Assembly: GCA_964057225.1 (NCBI GenBank)
Contig: OZ059898.1
Coordinates: 1,302,001 to 1,366,000 of the forward strand
DNA from: Auanema rhodensis
Taxonomy: Eukaryota; Animalia; Nematoda
Direction of reading: 5' to 3'
DNA length: 64,000 bases
In this document: positions 25,976 to 40,000 of the stretch, one piece after another
Numbering within the stretch: the stretch's first letter is position 1
Layout of the letters: each line of letters starts with the position of its first letter
Program-made: the position numbers and the translations under genes
Notes under the pieces: model-generated
The model's input: only the letters and a program-made list of their open reading frames with translations
Told to the model about the DNA's origin: nothing
Database searches by the model: none

Positions 25976-28081
25976 TTCAAACAATCATAACTAATTTTTG
26001 TATTAAGCGTTTCTCAATGTAGTATAGTGCATTCGATGCGGATTTTTAAGCTGCGTCGATCTGTGTTATCAGATTTGCACTAGCTTAAAAATGCACCGAG
26101 ATATAAACTGATATAAGTTCACACTTATATCCTCGATTTTCACCCTGAAGAATTATTTTTTTCGTTGAATAACATTGTCCATCGTCTTTACCTTGAAAAA
26201 AGGAATCTAAAAACATCTACTTTTTGCTAAATTATTTTGAAATTTTTTGAAAAAATTTTTGACAAAATGTTTTTGGAAGCAATGTTGAGTGTACATGGAA
26301 ACTCAACATACACTAATGCATCATTTTTCAAACGATCATAACTAATTTTTGTATTAAGCGTTTCTCAATGTGGTATAGTGCATTCGATGCGGATTTTTAA
26401 GCTGCGTCGATCTGTGTTATCAGATTTGCGCTAGCTTAAAAATGCACCGAGATATAAACTGATATAAGTTCACACTTATATCCTCGATTTTCACCCTGAA
26501 GAATTAATTTTTTCGTTGAATAACATTGTCCATCGTCTTTACCTTGAAAAAAGGAATCTAAAAACATCTACTTTTTGCTAAATTATTTTGAAATTTTTCG
26601 AAAAAATTTTTGTCAAAATGTTTTTGGAAGCAATGTTGAGTGTACATGGAAACTCAACATACACTAATGCATCATTTTTCAAACAATCATAACTAATTTT
26701 TGTATTGAGCGTTTCTCAATGTAGTATAGTGCATTCGATGCGGATTTTTAAGCTGCGTCGATCTGTGTTATCAGATTTGCGCTAGCTTAAAAATGCACCG
26801 AGATATAAACTGATATAAGTTCACACTTATATCCTCGATTTTCACCCTGAAGAATTAATTTTTTCGTTGAATAACATTGTCCATCGTCTTTGCCTTGAAA
26901 AAAGGAATCTAAAAACATCTACTTTTTGCTAAATTATTTTGAAATTTTTCGAAAAAATTTTTGTCAAAATGTTTTTGGAAGCAATGTTGAGTGTACATGG
27001 AAACTCAACATACACTAATGCATCATTTTTCAAACAATCATAACTAATTTTTGTATTAAGCGTTTCTCAATGTAGTATAGTGCATTCGATGCGGATTTTT
27101 AAGCTGCGTCGATCTGTGTTATCAGATTTGCGCTAGCTTAAAAATGCACCGAGATATAAACTGATATAAGTTCACACTTATATCCTCGATTTTCACCCTG
27201 AAGAATTATTTTTTTCGTTGAATAACATTGTCCATCGTCTTTACCTTGAAAAAAGGAATCTAAAAACATCTACTTTTTGCTAAATTATTTTGAAATTTTT
27301 TGAAAAAATTTTTGACAAAATGTTTTTGGAAGCAATGTTGAGTGTACATGGAAACTCAACATACACTAATGCATCATTTTTCAAACGATCATAACTAATT
27401 TTTGTATTAAGCGTTTCTCAATGTGGTATAGTGCATTCGATGCGGATTTTTAAGCTGCGTCGATCTGTGTTATCAGATTTGCGCTAGCTTAAAAATGCAC
27501 CGAGATATAAACTGATATAAGTTCACACTTATATCCTCGATTTTCACCCTGAAGAATTAATTTTTTCGTTGAATAACATTGTCCATCGTCTTTACCTTGA
27601 AAAAAGAAATCTAAAAACATCTACTTTTTGCTAAATTATTTTGAAATTTTTCGAAAAAATTTTTGTCAAAATGTTTTTGGAAGCAATGTTGAGTGTACAT
27701 GGAAACTCAACATACACTAATGCATCATTTTTCAAACAATCATAACTAATTTTTGTATTGAGCGTTTCTCAATGTAGTATAGTGCATTCGATGCGGATTT
27801 TTAAGCTGCGTCGATCTGTGTTATCAGATTTGCGCTAGCTTAAAAATGCACCGAGATATAAACTGATATAAGTTCACACTTATATCCTCGATTTTCACCC
27901 TGAAGAATTAATTTTTTCGTTGAATAACATTGTCCATCGTCTTTGCCTTGAAAAAAGAAATCTAAAAACATCTACTTTTTGCTAAATTATTTTGAAATTT
28001 TTCGAAAAAATTTTTGTCAAAATGTTTTTGGAAGCAATGTTGAGTGTACATGGAAACTCAACATACACTAATGCATCATTT
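25976..28081 (+). repeat. Trimer duplication (H-C'-B x2)
   Basis: The rare H monomer (AATTATTTTT, TTACC, TTTTTTGAAA, TTTGACAAAA) is at 25976 and 27029 (lag 1053). Each is followed by a GTGG/TTACC monomer and then a TTGAG monomer. Confidence 0.8.
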
Positions 28082-31000
28082 TTCAAACGATCATAACTAA
28101 TTTTTGTATTAAGCGTTTCTCAATGTGGTATAGTGCATTCGATGCGGATTTTTAAGCTGCGTCGATCTGTGTTATCAGATTTGCGCTAGCTTAAAAATGC
28201 ACCGAGATATAAACTGATATAAGTTCACACTTATATCCTCGATTTTCACCCTGAAGAATTAATTTTTTCGTTGAATAACATTGTCCATCGTCTTTGCCTT
28301 GAAAAAAGGAATCTAAAAACATCTACTTTTTGCTAAATTATTTTGAAATTTTTCGAAAAAATTTTTGTCAAAATGTTTTTGGAAGCAATGTTGAGTGTAC
28401 ATGGAAACTCAACATACACTAATGCATCATTTTTCAAACAATCATAACTAATTTTTGTATTAAGCGTTTCTCAATGTGGTATAGTGCATTCGATGCGGAT
28501 TTTTAAGCTGCGTCGATCTGTGTTATCAGATTTGCGCTAGCTGAAAAATGCACCGAGATATAAACTGATATAAGTTCACACTTATATCCTCGATTTTCAC
28601 CCTGAAGAATTAATTTTTTCGTTGAATAACATTGTCCATCGTCTTTGCCTTGAAAAAAGGAATCTAAAAACATCTACTCTTTGCTAAATTATTTTGAAAT
28701 TTTTCGAAAAAATTTTTGTCAAAATGTTTTTGGAAGCAATGTTGAGTGTACATGGAAACTCAACATACACTAATGCATCATTTTTCAAACAATCATAACT
28801 AATTTTTGTATTGAGCGTTTCTCAATGTAGTATAGTGCATTCGATGCGGATTTTTAAGCTGCGTCGATCTGTGTTATCAGATTTGCGCTAGCTTAAAAAT
28901 GCACCGAGATATAAACTGATATAAGTTCACACTTATATCCTCGATTTTCACCCTGAAGAATTAATTTTTTCGTTGAATAACATTGTCCATCGTCTTTGCC
29001 TTGAAAAAAGGAATCTAAAAACATCTACTTTTTGCTAAATTATTTTGAAATTTTTCGAAAAAATTTTTGTCAAAATGTTTTTGGAAGCAATGTTGAGTGT
29101 ACATGGAAACTCAACATACACTAATGCATCATTTTTCAAACGATCATAACTAATTTTTGTATTAAGCGTTTCTCAATGTGGTATAGTGCATTCGATGCGG
29201 ATTTTTAAGCTGCGTCGATCTGTGTTATCAGATTTGCGCTAGCTTAAAAATGCACCGAGATATAAACTGATATAAGTTCACACTTATATCCTCGATTTTC
29301 ACCCTGAAGAATTAATTTTTTCGTTGAATAACATTGTCCATCGTCTTTGCCTTGAAAAAAGGAATCTAAAAACATCTACTTTTTGCTAAATTATTTTGAA
29401 ATTTTTCGAAAAAATTTTTGTCAAAATGTTTTTGGAAGCAATGTTGAGTGTACATGGAAACTCAACATACACTAATGCATCATTTTTCAAACAATCATAA
29501 CTAATTTTTGTATTAAGCGTTTCTCAATGTAGTATAGTGCATTCGATGCGGATTTTTAAGCTGCGTCGATCTGTGTTATCAGATTTGCGCTAGCTTAAAA
29601 ATGCACCGAGATATCAACTGATATAAGTTCACACTTATATCCTCGATTTTCACCCTGAAGAAATAATTTTTTAGTTGAATAACATTGTCCATCGTCTTTG
29701 CCTTGAAAAATGGAATCTAAAAACATCTACTCTTTGCTAAATTATCTTGAAATTTTTCGAAAAAATTTTTGTCAAAATGTTTTTGGAAGCAATGTTGAGT
29801 GTACATGGAAACTCAACATACACTAATGCATCATTTTTCAAACGATCATAACTAATTTTTGTATTAAGCGTTTCTCAATGTAGTATAGTGCATTCGATGC
29901 GGATTTTTAAGCTGCGTCGATCTGTGTTATCAGATTTGCGCTAGCTTGAAAATGCACCGAGATATAAACTGATATAAGTTCACACTTATATCCTCGATTT
30001 TCACCCTGAAGAATTAATTTTTTCGTTGAATAACATTGTCCATCGTCTTTACCTTGAAAAAAGGAATCTAAAAACATCTACTTTTTGCTAAATTATTTTG
30101 AAATTTTTCGAAAAAATTTTTGTCAAAATGTTTTTGGAAGCAATGTTGAGTGTACATGGAAACTCAACATACACTAATGCATCATTTTTCAAACGATCAT
30201 AACTAATTTTTGTATTAAGCGTTTCTCAATGTAGTATAGTGCATTCGATGCGGATTTTTAAGCTGCGTCGATCTGTGTTATCAGATTTGCGCTAGCTTAA
30301 AAATGCACCGAGATATAAACTGATATAAGTTCACACTTATATCCTCGATTTTCACCCTGAAGAATTAATTTTTTCGTTGAATAACATTGTCCATCGTCTT
30401 TGCCTTGAAAACAGGAATCTAAAAACATCTACTTTTTGCTAAATTATTTTGAAATTTTTCGAAAAAATTTTTGTCAAAATGTTTTTGGAAGCAATGTTGA
30501 GTGTACATGGAAACTCAACATACACTAATGCATCATTTTTCAAACGATCATAACTAATTTTTGTATTAAGCGTTTCTCAATGTAGTATAGTGCATTCGTT
30601 GCGGATTTTTAAGCTGCGTCGTTCTGTGTTATCAGATTTGCGCTAGCTTAAAAATGCACCGAGAAATCAACTGATATAAGTTCACACTTATATCCTCGAT
30701 TTTCACCCTGAAGAATTAATTTTTTCGTTGAATAACATTGTCCATCGTCTTTGCCTTGAAAAAAGGAATCTAAAAACATCTACTTTTTGCTAAATTATTT
30801 TGAAATTTTTCGAAAAAATTTTTGTCAAAATGTTTTTGGAAGCAATGTTGAGTGTACATGGAAACTCAACATACACTAATGCATCATTTTTCAAACGATC
30901 ATAACTAATTTTTGTATTAAGCGTTTCTCAATGTGGTATAGTGCATTCGATGCGGATTTTTAAGCTGCGTCGATCTGTGTTATCAGATTTGCGCTAGCTT

Positions 31001-34000
31001 AAAAATGCACCGAGATATAAACTGATATAAGTTCACACTTATATCCTCGATTTTCACCCTGAAGAATTAATTTTTTCGTTGAATAACATTGTCCATCGTC
31101 TTTGCCTTGAAAAAAGGAATCTAAAAACATCTACTTTTTGCTAAATTATTTTGAAATTTTTCGAAAAAATTTTTGTCAAAATGTTTTTGGAAGCAATGTT
31201 GAGTGTACATGGAAACTCAACATACACTAATGCATCATTTTTCAAACGATCATAACTAATTTTTGTATTAAGCGTTTCTCAATGTAGTATAGTGCATTCG
31301 ATGCGGATTTTTAAGCTGCGTCGATCTGTGTTATCAGATTTGCGCTAGCTTAAAAATGCACCGAGATATAAACTGATATAAGTTCACACTTATATCCTCG
31401 ATTTTCACCCTGAAGAATTAATTTTTTCGTTGAATAACATTGTCCATCGTCTTTGCCTTGAAAAAAGGAATCTAAAAACATCTACTTTTTGCTAAATTAT
31501 TTTGAAATTTTTCGAAAAAATTTTTGTCAAAATGTTTTTGGAAGCAATGTTGAGTGTACATGGAAACTCAACATACACTAATGCATCATTTTTCAAACGA
31601 TCATAACTAATTTTTGTATTAAGCGTTTCTCAATGTAGTATAGTGCATTCGTTGCGGATTTTTAAGCTGCGTCGTTCTGTGTTATCAGATTTGCGCTAGC
31701 TTAAAAATGCACCGAGAAATCAACTGATATAAGTTCACACTTATATCCTCGATTTTCACCCTGAAGAATTAATTTTTTCGTTGAATAACATTGTCCATCG
31801 TCTTTGCCTTGAAAAAAGGAATCTAAAAACATCTACTTTTTGCTAAATTATTTTGAAATTTTTCGAAAAAATTTTTGTCAAAATGTTTTTGGAAGCAATG
31901 TTGAGTGTACATGGAAACTCAACATACACTAATGCATCATTTTTCAAACGATCATAACTAATTTTTGTATTAAGCGTTTCTCAATGTAGTATAGTGCATT
32001 CGTTGCGGATTTTTAAGCTGCGTCGTTCTGTGTTATCAGATTTGCGCTAGCTTAAAAATGCACCGAGAAATCAACTGATATAAGTTCACACTTATATCCT
32101 CGATTTTCACCCTGAAGAATTAATTTTTTCGTTGAATAACATTGTCCATCGTCTTTGCCTTGAAAAAAGGAATCTAAAAACATCTACTTTTTGCTAAATT
32201 ATTTTGAAATTTTTCGAAAAAATTTTTGTCAAAATGTTTTTGGAAGCAATGTTGAGTGTACATGGAAACTCAACATACACTAATGCATCATTTTTCAAAC
32301 GATCATAACTAATTTTTGTATTAAGCGTTTCTCAATGTGGTATAGTGCATTCGATGCGGATTTTTAAGCTGCGTCGATCTGTGTTATCAGATTTGCGCTA
32401 GCTTAAAAATGCACCGAGATATAAACTGATATAAGTTCACACTTATATCCTCGATTTTCACCCTGAAGAATTAATTTTTTCGTTGAATAACATTGTCCAT
32501 CGTCTTTGCCTTGAAAAAAGGAATCTAAAAACATCTACTTTTTGCTAAATTATTTTGAAATTTTTCGAAAAAATTTTTGTCAAAATGTTTTTGGAAGCAA
32601 TGTTGAGTGTACATGGAAACTCAACATACACTAATGCATCATTTTTCAAACAATCATAACTAATTTTTGTATTGAGCGTTTCTCAATGTAGTATAGTGCA
32701 TTCGATGCGGATTTTTAAGCTGCGTCGATCTGTGTTATCAGATTTGCGCTAGCTTAAAAATGCACCGAGATATAAACTGATATAAGTTCACACTTATATC
32801 CTCGATTTTCACCCTGAAGAATTAATTTTTTCGTTGAATAACATTGTCCATCGTCTTTGCCTTGAAAAAAGGAATCTAAAAACATCTACTTTTTGCTAAA
32901 TTATTTTGAAATTTTTCGAAAAAATTTTTGTCAAAATGTTTTTGGAAGCAATGTTGAGTGTACATGGAAACTCAACATACACTAATGCATCATTTTTCAA
33001 ACGATCATAACTAATTTTTGTATTAAGCGTTTCTCAATGTGGTATAGTGCATTCGATGCGGATTTTTAAGCTGCGTCGATCTGTGTTATCAGATTTGCGC
33101 TAGCTTAAAAATGCACCGAGATATAAACTGATATAAGTTCACACTTATATCCTCGATTTTCACCCTGAAGAATTAATTTTTTCGTTGAATAACATTGTCC
33201 ATCGTCTTTGCCTTGAAAAAAGGAATCTAAAAACATCTACTTTTTGCTAAATTATTTTGAAATTTTTCGAAAAAATTTTTGTCAAAATGTTTTTGGAAGC
33301 AATGTTGAGTGTACATGGAAACTCAACATACACTAATGCATCATTTTTCAAACAATCATAACTAATTTTTGTATTAAGCGTTTCTCAATGTGGTATAGTG
33401 CATTCGATGCGGATTTTTAAGCTGCGTCGATCTGTGTTATCAGATTTGCGCTAGCTTAAAAATGCACCGAGATATAAACTGATATAAGTTCACACTTATA
33501 TCCTCGATTTTCACCCTGAAGAATTAATTTTTTCGTTGAATAACATTGTCCATCGTCTTTGCCTTGAAAAAAGGAATCTAAAAACATCTACTTTTTGCTA
33601 AATTATTTTGAAATTTTTCGAAAAAATTTTTGTCAAAATGTTTTTGGAAGCAATGTTGAGTGTACATGGAAACTCAACATACACTAATGCATCATTTTTC
33701 AAACAATCATAACTAATTTTTGTATTGAGCGTTTCTCAATGTAGTATAGTGCATTCGATGCGGATTTTTAAGCTGCGTCGATCTGTGTTATCAGATTTGC
33801 GCTAGCTTAAAAATGCACCGAGATATAAACTGATATAAGTTCACACTTATATCCTCGATTTTCACCCTGAAGAATTAATTTTTTCGTTGAATAACATTGT
33901 CCATCGTCTTTGCCTTGAAAAAAGGAATCTAAAAACATCTACTTTTTGCTAAATTATTTTGAAATTTTTCGAAAAAATTTTTGTCAAAATGTTTTTGGAA

Positions 34001-37000
34001 GCAATGTTGAGTGTACATGGAAACTCAACATACACTAATGCATCATTTTTCAAACGATCATAACTAATTTTTGTATTAAGCGTTTCTCAATGTGGTATAG
34101 TGCATTCGATGCGGATTTTTAAGCTGCGTCGATCTGTGTTATCAGATTTGCGCTAGCTTAAAAATGCACCGAGATATAAACTGATATAAGTTCACACTTA
34201 TATCCTCGATTTTCACCCTGAAGAATTAATTTTTTCGTTGAATAACATTGTCCATCGTCTTTGCCTTGAAAAAAGGAATCTAAAAACATCTACTTTTTGC
34301 TAAATTATTTTGAAATTTTTCGAAAAAATTTTTGTCAAAATGTTTTTGGAAGCAATGTTGAGTGTACATGGAAACTCAACATACACTAATGCATCATTTT
34401 TCAAACGATCATAACTAATTTTTGTATTAAGCGTTTCTCAATGTGGTATAGTGCATTCGATGCGGATTTTTAAGCTGCGTCGATCTGTGTTATCAGATTT
34501 GCGCTAGCTTAAAAATGCACCGAGATATAAACTGATATAAGTTCACACTTATATCCTCGATTTTCACCCTGAAGAATTAATTTTTTCGTTGAATAACATT
34601 GTCCATCGTCTTTGCCTTGAAAAAAGGAATCTAAAAACATCTACTTTTTGCTAAATTATTTTGAAATTTTTCGAAAAAATTTTTGTCAAAATGTTTTTGG
34701 AAGCAATGTTGAGTGTACATGGAAACTCAACATACACTAATGCATCATTTTTCAAACAATCATAACTAATTTTTGTATTGAGCGTTTCTCAATGTAGTAT
34801 AGTGCATTCGATGCGGATTTTTAAGCTGCGTCGATCTGTGTTATCAGATTTGCGCTAGCTTAAAAATGCACCGAGATATAAACTGATATAAGTTCACACT
34901 TATATCCTCGATTTTCACCCTGAAGAATTAATTTTTTCGTTGAATAACATTGTCCATCGTCTTTGCCTTGAAAAAAGGAATCTAAAAACATCTACTTTTT
35001 GCTAAATTATTTTGAAATTTTTCGAAAAAATTTTTGTCAAAATGTTTTTGGAAGCAATGTTGAGTGTACATGGAAACTCAACATACACTAATGCATCATT
35101 TTTCAAACGATCATAACTAATTTTTGTATTAAGCGTTTCTCAATGTGGTATAGTGCATTCGATGCGGATTTTTAAGCTGCGTCGATCTGTGTTATCAGAT
35201 TTGCGCTAGCTTAAAAATGCACCGAGATATAAACTGATATAAGTTCACACTTATATCCTCGATTTTCACCCTGAAGAATTAATTTTTTCGTTGAATAACA
35301 TTGTCCATCGTCTTTGCCTTGAAAAAAGGAATCTAAAAACATCTACTTTTTGCTAAATTATTTTGAAATTTTTCGAAAAAATTTTTGTCAAAATGTTTTT
35401 GGAAGCAATGTTGAGTGTACATGGAAACTCAACATACACTAATGCATCATTTTTCAAACAATCATAACTAATTTTTGTATTAAGCGTTTCTCAATGTAGT
35501 ATAGTGCATTCGATGCGGATTTTTAAGCTGCGTCGATCTGTGTTATCAGATTTGCGCTAGCTTGAAAATGCACCGAGATATCAACTGATATAAGTTCACA
35601 CTTATATCCTCGATTTTCACCCTGAAGAATTAATTTTTTAGTTGAATAACATTGTCCATCGTCTTTGCCTTGAAAAAAGGAATCTAAAAACATCTACTTT
35701 TTGCTAAATTATCTTGAAATTTTTCGAAAAAATTTTTGTCAAAATGTTTTTGGAAGCAATGTTGAGTGTACATGGAAACTCAACATACACTAATGCATCA
35801 TTTTTCAAACGATCATAACTAATTTTTGTATTAAGCGTTTCTCAATGTAGTATAGTGCATTCGATGCGGATTTTTAAGCTGCGTCGATCTGTGTTATCAG
35901 ATTTGCGCTAGCTTGAAAATGCACCGAGATATAAACTGATATAAGTTCACACTTATATCCTCGATTTTCACCCTGAAGAATTAATTTTTTCGTTGAATAA
36001 CATTGTCCATCGTCTTTACCTTGAAAAAAGGAATCTAAAAACATCTACTTTTTGCTAAATTATTTTGAAATTTTTCGAAAAAATTTTTGTCAAAATGTTT
36101 TTGGAAGCAATGTTGAGTGTACATGGAAACTCAACATACACTACTGCATCATTTTTCAAACGATCATAACTAATTTTTGTATTAAGCGTTTCTCAATGTA
36201 GTATAGTGCATTCGATGCGGATTTTTAAGCTGCGTCGATCTGTGTTATCAGATTTGCGCTAGCTTAAAAATGCACCGAGATATAAACTGATATAAGTTCA
36301 CACTTATATCCTCGATTTTCACCCTGAAGAATTAATTTTTTCGTTGAATAACATTGTCCATCGTCTTTGCCTTGAAAAAAGGAATCTAAAAACATCTACT
36401 TTTTGCTAAATTATTTTGAAATTTTTCGAAAAAATTTTTGTCAAAATGTTTTTGGAAGCAATGTTGAGTGTACATGGAAACTCAACATACACTAATGCAT
36501 CATTTTTCAAACGATCATAACTAATTTTTGTATTAAGCGTTTCTCAATGTAGTATAGTGCATTCGTTGCGGATTTTTAAGCTGCGTCGTTCTGTGTTATC
36601 AGATTTGCGCTAGCTTAAAAATGCACCGAGAAATCAACTGATATAAGTTCACACTTATATCCTCGATTTTCACCCTGAAGAATTAATTTTTTCGTTGAAT
36701 AACATTGTCCATCGTCTTTGCCTTGAAAAAAGGAATCTAAAAACATCTACTTTTTGCTAAATTATTTTGAAATTTTTCGAAAAAATTTTTGTCAAAATGT
36801 TTTTGGAAGCAATGTTGAGTGTACATGGAAACTCAACATACACTAATGCATCATTTTTCAAACGATCATAACTAATTTTTGTATTAAGCGTTTCTCAATG
36901 TAGTATAGTGCATTCGTTGCGGATTTTTAAGCTGCGTCGTTCTGTGTTATCAGATTTGCGCTAGCTTAAAAATGCACCGAGAAATCAACTGATATAAGTT

Positions 37001-40000
37001 CACACTTATATCCTCGATTTTCACCCTGAAGAATTAATTTTTTCGTTGAATAACATTGTCCATCGTCTTTGCCTTGAAAAAAGGAATCTAAAAACATCTA
37101 CTTTTTGCTAAATTATTTTGAAATTTTTCGAAAAAATTTTTGTCAAAATGTTTTTGGAAGCAATGTTGAGTGTACATGGAAACTCAACATACACTAATGC
37201 ATCATTTTTCAAACGATCATAACTAATTTTTGTATTAAGCGTTTCTCAATGTAGTATAGTGCATTCGATGCGGATTTTTAAGCTGCGTCGATCTGTGTTA
37301 TCAGATTTGCGCTAGCTTAAAAATGCACCGAGATATAAACTGATATAAGTTCACACTTATATCCTCGATTTTCACCCTGAAGAATTAATTTTTTCGTTGA
37401 ATAACATTGTCCATCGTCTTTGCCTTAAAAAAAGGAATCTAAAAACATCTACTTTTTGCTAAATTATTTTGAAATTTTTCGAAAAAATTTTTGTCAAAAT
37501 GTTTTTGGAAGCAATGTTGAGTGTACATGGAAACTCAACATACACTAATGCATCATTTTTCAAACGATCATAACTAATTTTTGTATTAAGCGTTTCTCAA
37601 TGTAGTATAGTGCATTCGATGCGGATTTTTAAGCTGCGTCGTTCTGTGTTATCAGATTTGCGCTAGCTTAAAAATGCACCGAGATATCAACTGATATAAG
37701 TTCACACTTATATCTTCGATTTTCACCCTGAAGAATTAATTTTTTCGTTGAATAACATTGTCCATCGTCTTTGCCTTGAAAAAAGGAATCTAAAAACATC
37801 TACTTTTTGCTAAATTATTTTGAAATTTTTCGAAAAAATTTTTGTCAAAATGTTTTTGGAAGCAATGTTGAGTGTACATGGAAACTCAACATACACTAAT
37901 GCATCATTTTTCAAACGATCATAACTAATTTTTGTACTAAGCGTTTCTCAATGTAGTATAGTGCATTCGATGCGGATTTTTAAGCTGCGTCGTTCTGTGT
38001 TATCAGATTTGCGCTAGCTTAAAAATGCACCGAGATATCAACTGATATAAGTTCACACTTATATCTTCGATTTTCACCCTGAAGAATTAATTTTTTCGTT
38101 GAATAACATTGTCCATCGTCTTTGCCTTGAAAAAAGGAATCTGAAAACATCTACTTTTTGCTAAATTATTTTGAAATTTTTCGAAAAAATTTTTGTCAAA
38201 ATGTTTTTGGAAGCAATGTTGAGTGTACATGGAAACTCAACATACACTAATGCATCATTTTTCAAACGATCATAACTAATTTTTGTATTAAGCGTTTCTC
38301 AATGTAGTATAGTGCATTCGATGCGGATTTTTAAGCTGCGTCGTTCTGTGTTATCAGATTTGCGCTAGCTTAAAAATGCACCGAGATATCAACTGATATA
38401 AGTTCACACTTATATCCTCGATTTTCACCCTGAAGAATTAATTTTTTCAATGAATAACATTGTCCATCGTCTTTACCTTGAAAAAAGGAATCTAAAAACA
38501 TCTACTTTTTGCTAAATTATTTTGAAATTTTTCGAAAAAATTTTTGTCAAAATGTTTTTGGAAGCAATGTTGAGTGTACATGGAAACTCAACATACACTA
38601 ATGCATCATTTTTCAAACGATCATAACTAATTTTTGTATTAAGCGTTTCTCAATGTGGTATAGTGCATTCGATGCGGATTTTTAAGCTGCGTCGATCTGT
38701 GTTATCAGATTTGCGCTAGCTTAAAAATGCACCGAGATATAAACTGATATAAGTTCACACTTATATCCTCGATTTTCACCCTGAAGAATCAATTTTTTCG
38801 TTGAATAACATTGTCCATCGTCTTTGCCTTGAAAAAAGGAATCTAAAAACATCTACTTTTTGCTAAATTATTTTGAAATTTTTCGAAAAAATTTTTGTCA
38901 AAATGTTTTTGGAAGCAATGTTGAGTGTACATGGAAACTCAACATACACTAATGCATCATTTTTCAAACGATCATAACTAATTTTTGTATTAAGCGTTTC
39001 TCAATGTAGTATAGTGCATTCGATGCGGATTTTTAAGCTGCGTCGATCTGTGTTATCAGATTTGCGCTAGCTTAAAAATGCACCGAGATATCAACTGATA
39101 TAAGTTCACACTTATATCCTCGATTTTCACCCTGAAGAATTAATTTTTTCGTCGAATAACATTGTCCATCGTCTTTGCCTTGAAAAAAGGAATCTAAAAA
39201 CATCTACTTTTTGCTAAATTATCTTGAAATTTTTCGAAAAAATTTTTGTCAAAATGTTTTTGGAAGCAATGTTGAGTGTACATGGAAACTCAACATACAC
39301 TAATGCATCATTTTTCAAACGATCATAACTAATTTTTGTATTAAGCGTTTCTCAATGTAGTATAGTGCATTCGATGCGGATTTTTAAGCTGCGTCGTTCT
39401 GTGTTATCAGATTTGCGCTAGCTTAAAAATGCACCGAGATATCAACTGATATAAGTTCACACTTATATCCTCGATTTTCACCCTGAAGAATTAATTTTTT
39501 CGTTGAATAATATTGTCCATCGTCTTTGCCTTGAAAAAAGGAATCTAAAAACATCTACTTTTTGCTAAATTATTTTGAAATTTTTCGAAAAAATTTTTGT
39601 CAAAATGTTTTTGGAAGCAATGTTGAGTGTACATGGAAACTCAACATACACTAATGCATCATTTTTCAAACGATCATAACTAATTTTTGTATTAAGCGTT
39701 TCTCAATGTAGTATAGTGCATTCGATGCGGATTTTTAAGCTGCGTCGATCTGTGTTATCAGATTTGCGCTAGCTTAAAAATGCACCGAGATATCAACTGA
39801 TATAAGTTCACACTTATATCTTCGATTTTCACCCTGAAGAATTAATTTTTTCGTTGAATAACATTGTCCATCGTCTTTGCCTTAAAAAAAGGAATCTAAA
39901 AACATCTACTTTTTGCTAAATTATTTTGAAATTTTTCGAAAAAATTTTTGTCAAAATGTTTTTGGAAGCAATGTTGAGTGTACATGGAAACTCAACATAC

